Below are positions 6,914 to 15,591 of a DNA stretch of 34,864 nt, one piece after another; position 1 is the first letter of the stretch; each line of letters starts with the position of its first letter. Below the pieces are notes generated by a model, which saw only the letters and a list, made by a program, of their open reading frames with translations, had not been told where the DNA came from and ran no database searches. The translations under genes were made by a program, and so were the position numbers. Where the stretch lies: positions 62,001 through 96,864 of IMG/VR virus record IMGVR_UViG_2663763079_000004. One strand, given 5' to 3'. Source of the stretch: an uncultured virus (IMG/VR IMGVR_UViG_2663763079_000004). Its lineage: Duplodnaviria > Heunggongvirae > Uroviricota > Caudoviricetes.

Positions 6914-8757
6914 AATTATCGTTGATAACTTTGCCGGAGGCGGCGGCGCTTCTACCGGGATTGAGATGGCTATTGGGCGTAGTGTCGATATTGCCATTAA
7001 CCATGACGAAAATGCTGTGGCCATGCACCGGACGAATCACCCTGACACGCTTCATTATTGTGAGAACGTGTTTGACGTTGATCCTTTAGCCGCGACTGGC
7101 GGAAAGGCAGTCGGTTTTGCATGGTTCAGTCCAGATTGTACCCACTATTCAAAGGCGCGAGGCAGTAAACCTGTAAAACGTGAGATTCGCGGGCTGGCTT
7201 GGGTATCCGTTCGCTGGGCACTGGATGTTCGCCCCCGTGTAATGGCTCTTGAAAATGTTGAAGAGTTTAAAACGTGGGGCCCGCTGCTTTCTTGTGAGAT
7301 GCGTCCTGATCCTGAGCGTTCGGGTGAAACATTCCGGGCATTTGTTGGAATGCTATCCACTGGAATACCTGATGATCACCCGGCGCTGTTCGAATGTTGC
7401 GAATTTCTAGGCATATCGCCGGCTAGCAAACAAGCTAAACGGCTGATTGCTGGCCTCGGGTATAAGGTCGAATATCGCGAACTTCGTGCCAGTGATTATG
7501 GTGCGCCTACGATTCCGCAAGCGATTCTTTATGTTGATGCGTTGCGACGATAAACCCATTGTCTGGCCTGAGGCTTCGCATGGTGACCCTAAATCGACCG
7601 CGGTGCTGACAGGTAAACTGGCGGCATGGAGGACAGCTGCTGAATGCATCGACTGGTCCATTCCTACACCATCGATATTTGACCGCAAAAAGCCTCTTGC
7701 AGTTAACACGTTGAAGCGTATAGCTCGGGGTATCCAGAGATTTGTGGTTGATAGCGATAACCCATTCATCGTGAAATGCAACCACACCACGACGCGCGGT
7801 AAATATGATTGTTTCCGTGGACAGGCGTTGTATTCGCCGATACAGACAATTACCAAAACCCACGGCTACGCGCTGGCTGTACCTACTCTGGCACCGTTTA
7901 TGGCTGGAAATGGTGGTAGCCAGTACCAGGCGAAACCGCGTCCACTCAACAAACCAGCGCATACCATCCTTAAGCAATCTCGAGCATGCATAGTTGCGCC
8001 GGTGATCGCGCGCCAGTTCGGCGGCAGTATCGGCCACCGGGCAGATGAGCCCAGCGCTACGATTACCGCTGGTGGTGGGGGTAAGTCTCAGTTAGCCATG
8101 GCCACGCTTATTCAGATGGGGTATGGCGAACGGGTGGGGCAATCGCCGCGGGTTCTCAATCTTGGTAAACCGTTGGGTACTGTTACAGCTGGGGGCAATA
8201 AGTTTGCCGTAACAACTGCGTTCCTGGCGAAACACTATGGCGGGAATTACACCGGTCCGGGCGTTGCGCTTGATGAGCCAGCTCACTCAGTTACTACCGT
8301 TGATCATCACGCTCTTGTGACATCGCACCTGGTAAAACTGCGTGGTACCTGCCGTGATGGTCAGCGTACCGATGAACCGATGCCGACAATCACCGCTGGA
8401 GGTCAGCATGTGGGAGAGGTTAGCGCGCTGTTGGCGGCTAATGATTACGACGAGCGGCGTGCGGATCAAGTTAAAGAGTTCCTCAATTCTTTTGGCGTCA
8501 GCGAACTGGTGACGATTAAGGGCATCGTTTACCGCATTGTCGACATCGGCATGCGCATGCTGCAGCCACATGAGCTCTACCGGGCGCAGGGGTTCCCGGA
8601 GTGGTACATCATCGATCGGGATTACCGCGGGGTGAAGTATGCGAAGGATAAGCAGGTTGCACGCTGCGGCAATGCCGTTCCGCCCCCGTTCGCTGAGGCG
8701 CTGGTTAGGGCCAATCTGCCGGAAATGTGTGTTAACAAACAGGAGCGAGCCGCGTGA
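6906..8757 (+). pseudogene. C5-cytosine DNA methyltransferase, split by a +1 frameshift near 7515
   Basis: DNFAGGGG, SPDC, ENV motifs in frame 1; RKRFF and GNAVPP in frame 2; removing one C from ATTCCGCAAG restores GAPTIRKRFF. Confidence 0.88.
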
Positions 8758-9230
8758 CGAAATTGACACTCAGGCAGCAGGAGGTTCTGAACCTCCTGAT
8801 CGACTACCAGCGTAAGCATGGTTTCCCGCCTACTACCTACGAGCTGACCGGCATGCTGGGGTGCCGGTCCCCCAATGCGGCGGCAAGCCACCTGAAGGCA
8901 CTGGAGAGAAAAGGGGCCATCACAATCACCCGAGGGGTATCTCGCGGTATCAGCATCACTCCTTCGGTTTCCCGAAAGGAGCTGGTCGTTAACCTCAACA
9001 GCATCGTGAAAGTGAAACTTAATAAAGTTTCCCTCAGTCATTTGGAAAAACAACACGAAGAGAACCGTATACGCTATCCGGGGATATTCGGCGAGTTTAT
9101 ACCGTTGGCGACAGACGAAAATGGCTACTCGTCAATGACCCTGTGGCGCCTTATGTCTGACCTGGGACAGCTTTGCTATTGCGGAGGGGAGGTTCCCTTT
9201 GAGCTCAAGTTGATTTTGGAGGATGAATGA
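8754..9230 (+). CDS. LexA-type DNA-binding domain protein
   Basis: LTLRQQEVL..GFPPT..EL...LGCRSPNAA..HLKALERKG.I....GVSRGI is the LexA N-terminal wHTH; no peptidase domain. Confidence 0.85.
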   Translation: MTKLTLRQQEVLNLLIDYQRKHGFPPTTYELTGMLGCRSPNAAASHLKALERKGAITITRGVSRGISITPSVSRKELVVNLNSIVKVKLNKVSLSHLEKQHEENRIRYPGIFGEFIPLATDENGYSSMTLWRLMSDLGQLCYCGGEVPFELKLILEDE

Positions 9231-9625
9231 AATTTATTCTTCCTTTCCCGCCCAGCGTGAACTCCTACTGGCGGTCCCCAAATAAGGGGACTGCAAAAGG
9301 TAAATTGCTGGTCAGCGAAGCTGGCCGCAAATTCAAACATGCTGTAAGAGCAGCGATTATCGAACAGCTGAAAGCAGTCCCAAAACCCTCCGCTTCGCCA
9401 GCGGAGGTAGTCATTGTCCTGTATCCGCCTGATTACCGCCGCCGCGATCTGGACAACTACAACAAGGCGCTTTTCGACGCACTTACATACGCCGGTATCT
9501 GGGAGGATGACAGCCAGGTTAAGAGAATGACGATCGAGTGGGGTGAGAATGCAAAGGGAGGGAGAGTTGAGATCACCATAACGGCATTCAATAAAGTGCT
9601 GGATGTTTGTTCAGTGGTAGGTTGA
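9227..9625 (+). CDS. rusA: RusA Holliday junction resolvase
   Basis: LPFPPSVNSYWR, PPD.RRRDLDNYNKALFDAL, WEDDSQV. Confidence 0.95.
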   Translation: MKFILPFPPSVNSYWRSPNKGTAKGKLLVSEAGRKFKHAVRAAIIEQLKAVPKPSASPAEVVIVLYPPDYRRRDLDNYNKALFDALTYAGIWEDDSQVKRMTIEWGENAKGGRVEITITAFNKVLDVCSVVG

Positions 9626-9714
9626 AGACTATGCAATCAGGCATTAATCTCAAGGTGTGTAAACGAACCGGGCGTGCAGGCCCGATCGTCACGTTAAAGT
9701 GTATGGAGATAAGT

Positions 9715-10536
9715 ATGGCTAACCACGTTATGGGCTATGGTGCGCCCAAAAACCACTCACATTTGGCGATTGAAGGTATTTTCGTTCGCCGGGATGCGGC
9801 AGGTCGATTTTGTTTAAATGACTTTCAGCGCGCAGCTGGTGGAGAAGAACGTCATAATCCTAACCGCTGGCTTCGGTCCGAGATGGCAGCTCAGTTGATT
9901 GCTGAGCTAACGCCAGATATGGCGTTTGCTCCTGTCGATGTTGTGAGAGGAGGGATCAACCCTGGGACATACGCCTGCAAGGAATTGGTGTATGCCTATG
10001 CTATGTGGATTAGCGCCGCCTTCAATCTGAAAGTCATCAGAACGTTTGATGCGGTGCAAAATACTATGACAACGCTGACCTCCGATCGTATTCAGGCTGG
10101 TGTCATTTTGCTGGAGTCAGCATCCCGAACATTAAACCTCTCAAATTCTTCCAAACTTGGTGCTTACCAGAAATTGCAACAGGCGGCCGGGCTTCCAGAT
10201 TTAATGCCTGCTTATGCGATTGATGCTCCAGCCGGCGCCATGGATGGATCCAGTCGGCCCACACTCTCGCTTAGTGCTCTGCTTAAAACCCATGGGATAC
10301 GGCTAACTGCAAACCAGGCATATCACTTAATGGCTCGTGCCGGGATCGTGGATCAGAAGGAACGGCAAAGCCGGAGCGGATTAAACGGAGTAAAAAAATT
10401 CTGGTCTGTAACAGCCAAAGGCTGCCTTTACGGGAAAAATATCACCAGCCCTGCGAATCCCCGGGAGACTCAGCCACATTTTTTTGAATCAAAATTTCCC
10501 GAGCTTCTGAGACTGCTCGGCATTGTCACGCAGTAG
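9715..10536 (+). CDS. KilA-N domain protein (Roi/antirepressor-like)
   Basis: GRFCLND, P..WLR, GTYACKELVYAYAMWIS motifs; start ATG 9715 after GGAGA. Confidence 0.88.
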   Translation: MANHVMGYGAPKNHSHLAIEGIFVRRDAAGRFCLNDFQRAAGGEERHNPNRWLRSEMAAQLIAELTPDMAFAPVDVVRGGINPGTYACKELVYAYAMWISAAFNLKVIRTFDAVQNTMTTLTSDRIQAGVILLESASRTLNLSNSSKLGAYQKLQQAAGLPDLMPAYAIDAPAGAMDGSSRPTLSLSALLKTHGIRLTANQAYHLMARAGIVDQKERQSRSGLNGVKKFWSVTAKGCLYGKNITSPANPRETQPHFFESKFPELLRLLGIVTQ

Positions 10537-10539
10537 GGG

Positions 10540-11604
10540 ATGATCTTGCGCGGATTACTAACACCAGAGATTGTGCCCCGCCTCGGCGTAGTACTCTTTA
10601 AACCGGGAAAGGAGCTGATGAGCCTTTTTGCTCAGGGGCGAGTTCTAATAACTCCACAGCCCGAGTACATGGCCGGTTTTCCTACGGGGAAAGTGCCAGA
10701 CGCTCGCCAGCCGTTATCCGTAGATCGCAGCCTTGTTCCTTTCTTTACCGATCCACGTGTCATCACAGCTGCGGGAGGTATTGAGGGGCTGGAACGATGG
10801 CTTAACCTGGCTGTCAGACAATGCCAGAATCATGATGAGGGATATCACCACATCGAAACAGTCATCTTAAGGCAAGATCCAGGCTCCGTTTTATTATGCT
10901 GGCATTGCGACAATAAACTTCGAGATGAGCCGGATCCGGCGATCAAGGAAATAGCAAGCCGTAATGTTATCGACTGGGTCATCGATATGGTCCTGCTTTC
11001 GCTTGGATGCACCCGGGAAAGGACATTATCCCTGGCAGAGTTGTGCTGGTGGGCTGTTCAGTCTGGGATTTCTGATGCGATAACGGAGGCTATGGCTGAA
11101 AAGGCCTTGCGGATAGCTCCAGAGCCGCACCGTTCGGTATACAGGGACAGCGACATCATCCCGGCAATACCCGCGGCCGACATACTTAAAAGACGTCTGG
11201 ATAAGAGGGAAAGCCATGCCATAACAGGGGATCTGGAGACGGTTGATCAGGGTGCTGGGAAACCTATTCTCCGGTTGGGCGTGGATCCGGATTGCCCTGA
11301 AGCATTTATGTTGCGACCGAAGCGCCGGCGCTGGAGTTGCCCTCAATACACCCAGTGGGTAAAAACACAGGAATGTGCCTGCTGTAGGCAACCAGCTGAC
11401 GATCCACACCATATAATAGGGCATGGTATGGGAGGAACAGCAACCAAAGCCCATGACCTGTTCGTGATACCGCTGTGCAGAGCGCATCACGATGAACTAC
11501 ATGCCAACCTCATCGCATTTGAAGAGAAGTATGGTTCGCAGCTGGAGCTGCTAATCCGTTTTCTTGATCGTGCGCTTGGCATTGGCGTCATTTTTAAAGA
11601 ATAA
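10540..11604 (+). CDS. DUF968 (YdfU-like) protein
   Basis: LLTPEI.PRLGVVLFKPG start, LCWHCDN, CACC..PADDPHHIIGHG, PLCRAHHDELH. Confidence 0.88.
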   Translation: MILRGLLTPEIVPRLGVVLFKPGKELMSLFAQGRVLITPQPEYMAGFPTGKVPDARQPLSVDRSLVPFFTDPRVITAAGGIEGLERWLNLAVRQCQNHDEGYHHIETVILRQDPGSVLLCWHCDNKLRDEPDPAIKEIASRNVIDWVIDMVLLSLGCTRERTLSLAELCWWAVQSGISDAITEAMAEKALRIAPEPHRSVYRDSDIIPAIPAADILKRRLDKRESHAITGDLETVDQGAGKPILRLGVDPDCPEAFMLRPKRRRWSCPQYTQWVKTQECACCRQPADDPHHIIGHGMGGTATKAHDLFVIPLCRAHHDELHANLIAFEEKYGSQLELLIRFLDRALGIGVIFKE

Positions 11605-11622
11605 GTGTATGGAGTGCTGAGC

Positions 11623-12453
11623 ATGAATATCGAATCAATTCCAAAATTCTTTGCCCCGAAAGGAATGCATATATCAGATAGCGGGAGAGCAACTGCCAGC
11701 GAACAACTCACCGTAACTGACGTTATGGCTGCGCTGGGGATGACGCAGGCCGAAGCGGGGATCGGATTATCCATGTTCCTGGGTAAGGCTGGCATCAGCG
11801 AGAATGACCGCATGGCCTCAATTCACTGGTTGGCCGAATATGCAAAGAAGAATGCTCCCCGCTCAGTCAGGAAAGCCGCCGGCAAGAAATATCCTCTTTG
11901 CATGCTGATCATCGCCAGGTTCGCATATCACGACTACGCCTCATCAGCTGCGGATACTACGGACTGTACGAAATGCGCAGGTAAGGGGTTCGTGAAGAAA
12001 GTTAAAATGGTCGAGAAAAGCCACTACACAATGAGATTACCGCAATGGGCAAAAGACCTCAGGCAGTCACCTTCTGATTTTGAGGTTAAGCGGCAGGTGC
12101 AGGATGTCGATCACGTGCTTTGTGTGAAATGCCATGGCACCGGGAAAATCAGTAAGCGCTGCCAGTGCAGCGGGACGGGGAAGACACTTGACCGCAAAGA
12201 ATCCGAACTTCAGGGAGTGCCTGTCTACAAGACATGTAAGCGTTGTGAAGGCCGCGGGTTTAGCAGGCCAAAATCCTCCAATGCATACCGCGGCATCCTT
12301 TCAGAGTTACCTGGCTTGCCGGAGCGTACCTGGCGTTATAGCTGGAAACCTTTTTATGAAAGCCTAGTGACCAAATGTTTTGTGGAGGAGAGTTTTACTG
12401 ATGCTCAACTCCGGAGAGTTACAAAAACGACTAATTTGATAAATTTCGCATGA
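11623..12453 (+). CDS. Q: Late antitermination protein Q (Zn-finger, phage 82-type)
   Basis: KFFAPKG, LTVTDVMAALG, several CxxCxGxG motifs; followed by promoter and terminator. Confidence 0.9.
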   Translation: MNIESIPKFFAPKGMHISDSGRATASEQLTVTDVMAALGMTQAEAGIGLSMFLGKAGISENDRMASIHWLAEYAKKNAPRSVRKAAGKKYPLCMLIIARFAYHDYASSAADTTDCTKCAGKGFVKKVKMVEKSHYTMRLPQWAKDLRQSPSDFEVKRQVQDVDHVLCVKCHGTGKISKRCQCSGTGKTLDRKESELQGVPVYKTCKRCEGRGFSRPKSSNAYRGILSELPGLPERTWRYSWKPFYESLVTKCFVEESFTDAQLRRVTKTTNLINFA

Positions 12454-12469
12454 AATAGCGACACGATAC

Positions 12470-12497
12470 TTGCAAAGTTGCCGTTTTTGTGTAAATT
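12470..12497 (+). promoter_or_regulatory. Late promoter pR'
   Basis: TTGCAA-16 bp-TAAATT immediately after Q, with a terminator about 40 nt downstream. Confidence 0.7.
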
Positions 12498-12534
12498 TAA
12501 TCTTAACGATGGGCATTGTATGTTCAACGTTATC

Positions 12535-12560
12535 AAACCCGCCTCCGAGCGGGTTTTTTT
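12535..12560 (+). terminator. tR' terminator
   Basis: AAACCCGC-CTCCGA-GCGGGTTT plus T-run. Confidence 0.85.
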
Positions 12561-12662
12561 ATGGCTGCGAATCACATTTCTCGCAGTGGCGGTAATTTGT
12601 CGCTTGCTGAATTATTCGACCAGAGTTATCTGTGTGTCACGCCAAATGAAAGGGTAAAAGAC

Positions 12663-12899
12663 ATGCTAAATCAGCAAGATATGACAGAAACAGCCAAAAC
12701 GGTTTTGAACGCCTTAAGCGACAAGCCTGCAACGGCTGGAGAGATTGCACAGTATACGCACCTGACGCGTGAACGTTGCCAGTTAATACTGACGCAGCTT
12801 GTGATGGCGGGGTTATATGATTACCAGTGCTCTTTCCGTTGTGGCGAGCGAACATATCGGTTGATCCCGGCCTATAACGTAGCGATGTGCAAGCGTTGA
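12663..12899 (+). CDS. Small wHTH protein (TrmB-like, common after Q); C-terminus apparently replaced
   Basis: MLNQQDMTETA..PATAGEIAQ.T.L.RERCQLILTQLVMAGL.DYQ recognised; the sequence departs from the recalled family ending after DYQ (~12827). Confidence 0.6.
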   Translation: MLNQQDMTETAKTVLNALSDKPATAGEIAQYTHLTRERCQLILTQLVMAGLYDYQCSFRCGERTYRLIPAYNVAMCKR

Positions 12900-13082
12900 T
12901 TGACGTTAAGCAGGAGATGGGCGCCAGCTACCCCAACCCAATCCCTTACCTAAGAACGCAACAGTATGAAAGTTGGCGGAAAACGCAACAGGCGGTTTCA
13001 GAAAAAGGGAAAAAGGCTTTAAACACGATTGAAACTGGTCATATAAAAAGCTCTAAAGGACGCCAAAACGAGATTTTGTATG

Positions 13083-13112
13083 TTGCAAAAACTGTGGATA
13101 AGTCACTATAGT
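13083..13112 (+). promoter_or_regulatory. Candidate sigma70 promoter with a perfect DnaA box in its spacer
   Basis: TTGCAA (13083-13088), 18 bp, TATAGT (13107-13112); TGTGGATAA (reverse complement of TTATCCACA) at 13093-13101. Confidence 0.6.
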
Positions 13113-13185
13113 TAGCACTAACAAAAAGTATCCTCTGAAAAAAGTGGGATACTCAAAATAAAATCTCAATTTTTTGATACCGGCT

Positions 13186-13233
13186 ACACAACATGTAGTG
13201 CCTGATGTGGGTAGGGCGCACTACATGTGGTGA
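13186..13233. promoter_or_regulatory. Tandem NrdR-box-like operators
   Basis: ACACAACATGTAGTGC (13186-13201) and GCACTACATGTGGTGA (13218-13233) match acaCwAtATaTwGtgt at 13/16 and 11/16; starts are 32 bp apart. Confidence 0.65.
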
Positions 13234-13248
13234 TTGGAGGGCTTTACA

Positions 13249-13443
13249 ATGACAGTCAACGAAATCTACGAAACATACGGGATAGAACCAGCGCATTATG
13301 ATGCAAATGAGTCTCACTTTGCTTTCACTAAACGCATCCTGGGCTCAAGTCAGGTAACAGTAGAGAATACTGGTGTTAGTTATTCTTCCAGTAGTACTAA
13401 TAAAGGCAATATAGATAATAATAACAGTCTTTATAGTTACTAA
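13249..13443 (+). CDS. Small hypothetical protein (64 aa), Ser/Asn-rich C-terminus
   Basis: ATG 13249 after GGAGG; stops 8 bp before the protease gene. Confidence 0.7.
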   Translation: MTVNEIYETYGIEPAHYDANESHFAFTKRILGSSQVTVENTGVSYSSSSTNKGNIDNNNSLYSY

Positions 13444-13451
13444 GGGAAACT

Positions 13452-14360
13452 ATGCCGAACTGGAATGAAGTTCTGAACGAGATGACCATTCTTGAGCAGA
13501 AGAGTAACCCGTTGGATACCGTCAGGAAGAAGTATATAAAGAGTCTTTCTGACTACACAGGTAGAAATGTCATTTGTTACTACTCAGGATGGCTTCAGAA
13601 GAACACATCCAGTATTGGTCATTTAGTTTCTATGACAGATGACGACAAAAACGGTTTTATGACAGCCATCAATGGTATGGATCCCCAAAAGGGATTAGAT
13701 ATCCTTATTCATACACCTGGTGGTGAGATTGCTGCTTTAGAGTCTCTTGGGCAATATCTAAGGGCAAAATTTGGCACAGACATTCGTGCATTTGTTCCTA
13801 TGATCGCTATGTCTGCTGGCACAATGTTGGCATGCTGTGCAAAAGAGATTGTGATGGGGAAGCAATCAAATATTGGGCCATTTGATCCTCAAATGGGGGG
13901 ACTACCTGCTCATGGTATCCTTGAAGAGGTTGAAAAGGCCAAGCAAGAAATGATGCAAGACCAAAGAACGATTCCATTTTGGTCTTTCAATCTTCAGAAA
14001 CTGCATCCAACCTTCATCGGTGAGTGCGAAAAGGCCATCAAATGGGCAAGTGAAATTGTTTCTGAATGGTTAATTTCCGGGATGTTCAATGGCGAAGCTG
14101 ATGCTAGGAATAAAGCAGCGTCAATTTGTGGTCGACTAAATGATCATTCGACAACATATGCCCACGCTAGGCACATTCATATGGATAAGGCCCGCGAGAT
14201 AGGGTTAAAAATCGTCTCCTTAGAGGATGATCAAGAGCTTCAAGATCTAGTGCTTACTATTCATCATAGTTATATGCATACCTTTGGGAGCAGCACTGCG
14301 GTTAAAATTATTGAAAACCATAATGGGTCGACAATGATTTGGCATGCGGGAAACCAGTAG
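13452..14360 (+). CDS. SDH-family Clp-fold (ClpP/S49-like) serine protease
   Basis: LDILIHTPGG, AMSAGTMLA (Ser), SNIGPFDPQ (Asp), HARHI (His), A.EIGLKI; no signal peptide; AT-rich. Confidence 0.88.
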   Translation: MPNWNEVLNEMTILEQKSNPLDTVRKKYIKSLSDYTGRNVICYYSGWLQKNTSSIGHLVSMTDDDKNGFMTAINGMDPQKGLDILIHTPGGEIAALESLGQYLRAKFGTDIRAFVPMIAMSAGTMLACCAKEIVMGKQSNIGPFDPQMGGLPAHGILEEVEKAKQEMMQDQRTIPFWSFNLQKLHPTFIGECEKAIKWASEIVSEWLISGMFNGEADARNKAASICGRLNDHSTTYAHARHIHMDKAREIGLKIVSLEDDQELQDLVLTIHHSYMHTFGSSTAVKIIENHNGSTMIWHAGNQ

Positions 14361-14384
14361 CACAAATTCCACCCAACAGTTCTT

Positions 14385-14410
14385 AAAAGGCTACCACTGG
14401 TAGCCTTTTT
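14385..14410 (+). terminator. Terminator of the protease operon
   Basis: AAAAGGCTACC-ACT-GGTAGCCTTTTT. Confidence 0.85.
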
Positions 14411-14440
14411 CATTTCTGCACCTGTGCCGGTGCATATCAT

Positions 14441-14539
14441 CCTCAGAGCCTTAACAGGGGTGAGCCACAGAATGGTCGCGTGACTACTCTGAGGGCGATC
14501 ACCTCTGGGCACTGGCTCACCCCTGTAAAGGAAAGTCAC
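14441..14539 (+). promoter_or_regulatory. Structured 5' leader RNA overlapping the RBS of the next gene
   Basis: Perfect 14-bp stem 14454-14467/14513-14526, inner stem 14473-14479/14495-14501, apical loop complementary to both flanks. Confidence 0.7.
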
Positions 14540-15385
14540 ATGAAAAAAGTCACCATGGCCGCCATCGCGGTCGCTTCGCTGTGCCTGAGTAACGCCGCTT
14601 CGGCTACTGAGGTTGTTATCACGACTGGCCAGCAGGGACTGACCTACAACTCGGTGTACGGCGTGAACCTTGCCAGCGCACTGAATGAGTATGGTTACAG
14701 TTCGACGGTCATCCCCAGCAAAGGCTCACTCGACAATCTCGACAAGGTGGCCAGCGGCGCCGCTCAGATCGGTTTCACTCAGGCCGATGCTTTCCAGTTC
14801 TGGCGCGGCCGGCACAGTAACGAAGCACAGAAGGTAGACATCATTGGTGAGCTGGCCGATGAATGCGTTTTTGTGGCGGTGAAGAAGGGCGGCAAGATCA
14901 GCGATGAAGGGGATTTAAAGACGGGTGTGATAATCGCAGTCGGTGAGCCAACCAGCGGATCGTATGCATCCTGGCAATATCTTCAGGGGCTGGAAAAAGA
15001 CTACGCCAAAGTCGAGACCTATGCCAAAGGCGGTGTGCGCTCTCTGGCGAAAGTCACCACTGGCGAGTATGACGCCTTCCTCTGGGTATCAGCGCCGGAC
15101 CGGTCGAATAAGTTTCTGGAGGCGGTTAATCAGGAAGGCAGCGGCCTGACAATGATCGACATGAACGGCTGGCATGTAGACGATAAGTTGCCTAACGGGA
15201 AGCCGGTGTATGAGCTGAAAAAAGCGGTGACCGAATCCGGCTGGCTGAGTGACTCGAAGGTGAAGGTTCCTTGCACTAAGACGCTGGTGGTAGCAAATAC
15301 CGATGCTGGTGATGACATGCTGGAAACGGCCTCGACTGTCCTGCTGAAAAACCTGAGCCGGGTGCTCGGTACCAACGGTAAATAA
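14540..15385 (+). CDS. TAXI-family (TRAP-type) periplasmic solute-binding-like protein
   Basis: Signal peptide MKKVTMAAIAVASLCLSNAASA; ITTG..G.TY, S.GSLDNL..V.SG.AQIGFTQAD, AVG.P.SGS, G.YDAF motifs. Confidence 0.8.
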   Translation: MKKVTMAAIAVASLCLSNAASATEVVITTGQQGLTYNSVYGVNLASALNEYGYSSTVIPSKGSLDNLDKVASGAAQIGFTQADAFQFWRGRHSNEAQKVDIIGELADECVFVAVKKGGKISDEGDLKTGVIIAVGEPTSGSYASWQYLQGLEKDYAKVETYAKGGVRSLAKVTTGEYDAFLWVSAPDRSNKFLEAVNQEGSGLTMIDMNGWHVDDKLPNGKPVYELKKAVTESGWLSDSKVKVPCTKTLVVANTDAGDDMLETASTVLLKNLSRVLGTNGK

Positions 15386-15387
15386 TC

Positions 15388-15549
15388 ATGCTGCGCAGGC
15401 TGTGTTTCTGGGCGCTGTTTGCCGTTCTACTGTTCGTAGCCTGGCGGCTGGCGGGCATGCTGATGGATATGGTGCTGCTGGTCATCATCATTGTAACGTT
15501 GATTATGTACCGGAGCAGGGTATTTAAACGAAAATCCAAAAATAGATAA
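15388..15549 (+). CDS. Small membrane protein (53 aa, absent from the ORF track)
   Basis: Hand translation MLRRLCFWALFAVLLFVAWRLAGMLMDMVLLVIIIVTLIMYRSRVFKRKSKNR: two hydrophobic stretches, basic tail; starts 2 bp after the TAXI stop. Confidence 0.7.
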   Translation: MLRRLCFWALFAVLLFVAWRLAGMLMDMVLLVIIIVTLIMYRSRVFKRKSKNR

Positions 15550-15591
15550 TAGGCACATAAACATGATATGTGCCTATGACAAATTGACGTC

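Noticed and set aside
7505..7530. Programmed frameshift or phase variation in the C5 methyltransferase
   Set aside because: No slippery heptamer or long homopolymer; only a CC dinucleotide.
13035..13050. LexA (SOS) box
   Set aside because: The right half is AAG rather than the essential CAG; not supportable as functional.
12887..13111. 74-aa ORF as a real gene
   Set aside because: GTG start without a clear RBS and it runs through the candidate promoter and DnaA box; treated as a decayed fragment.
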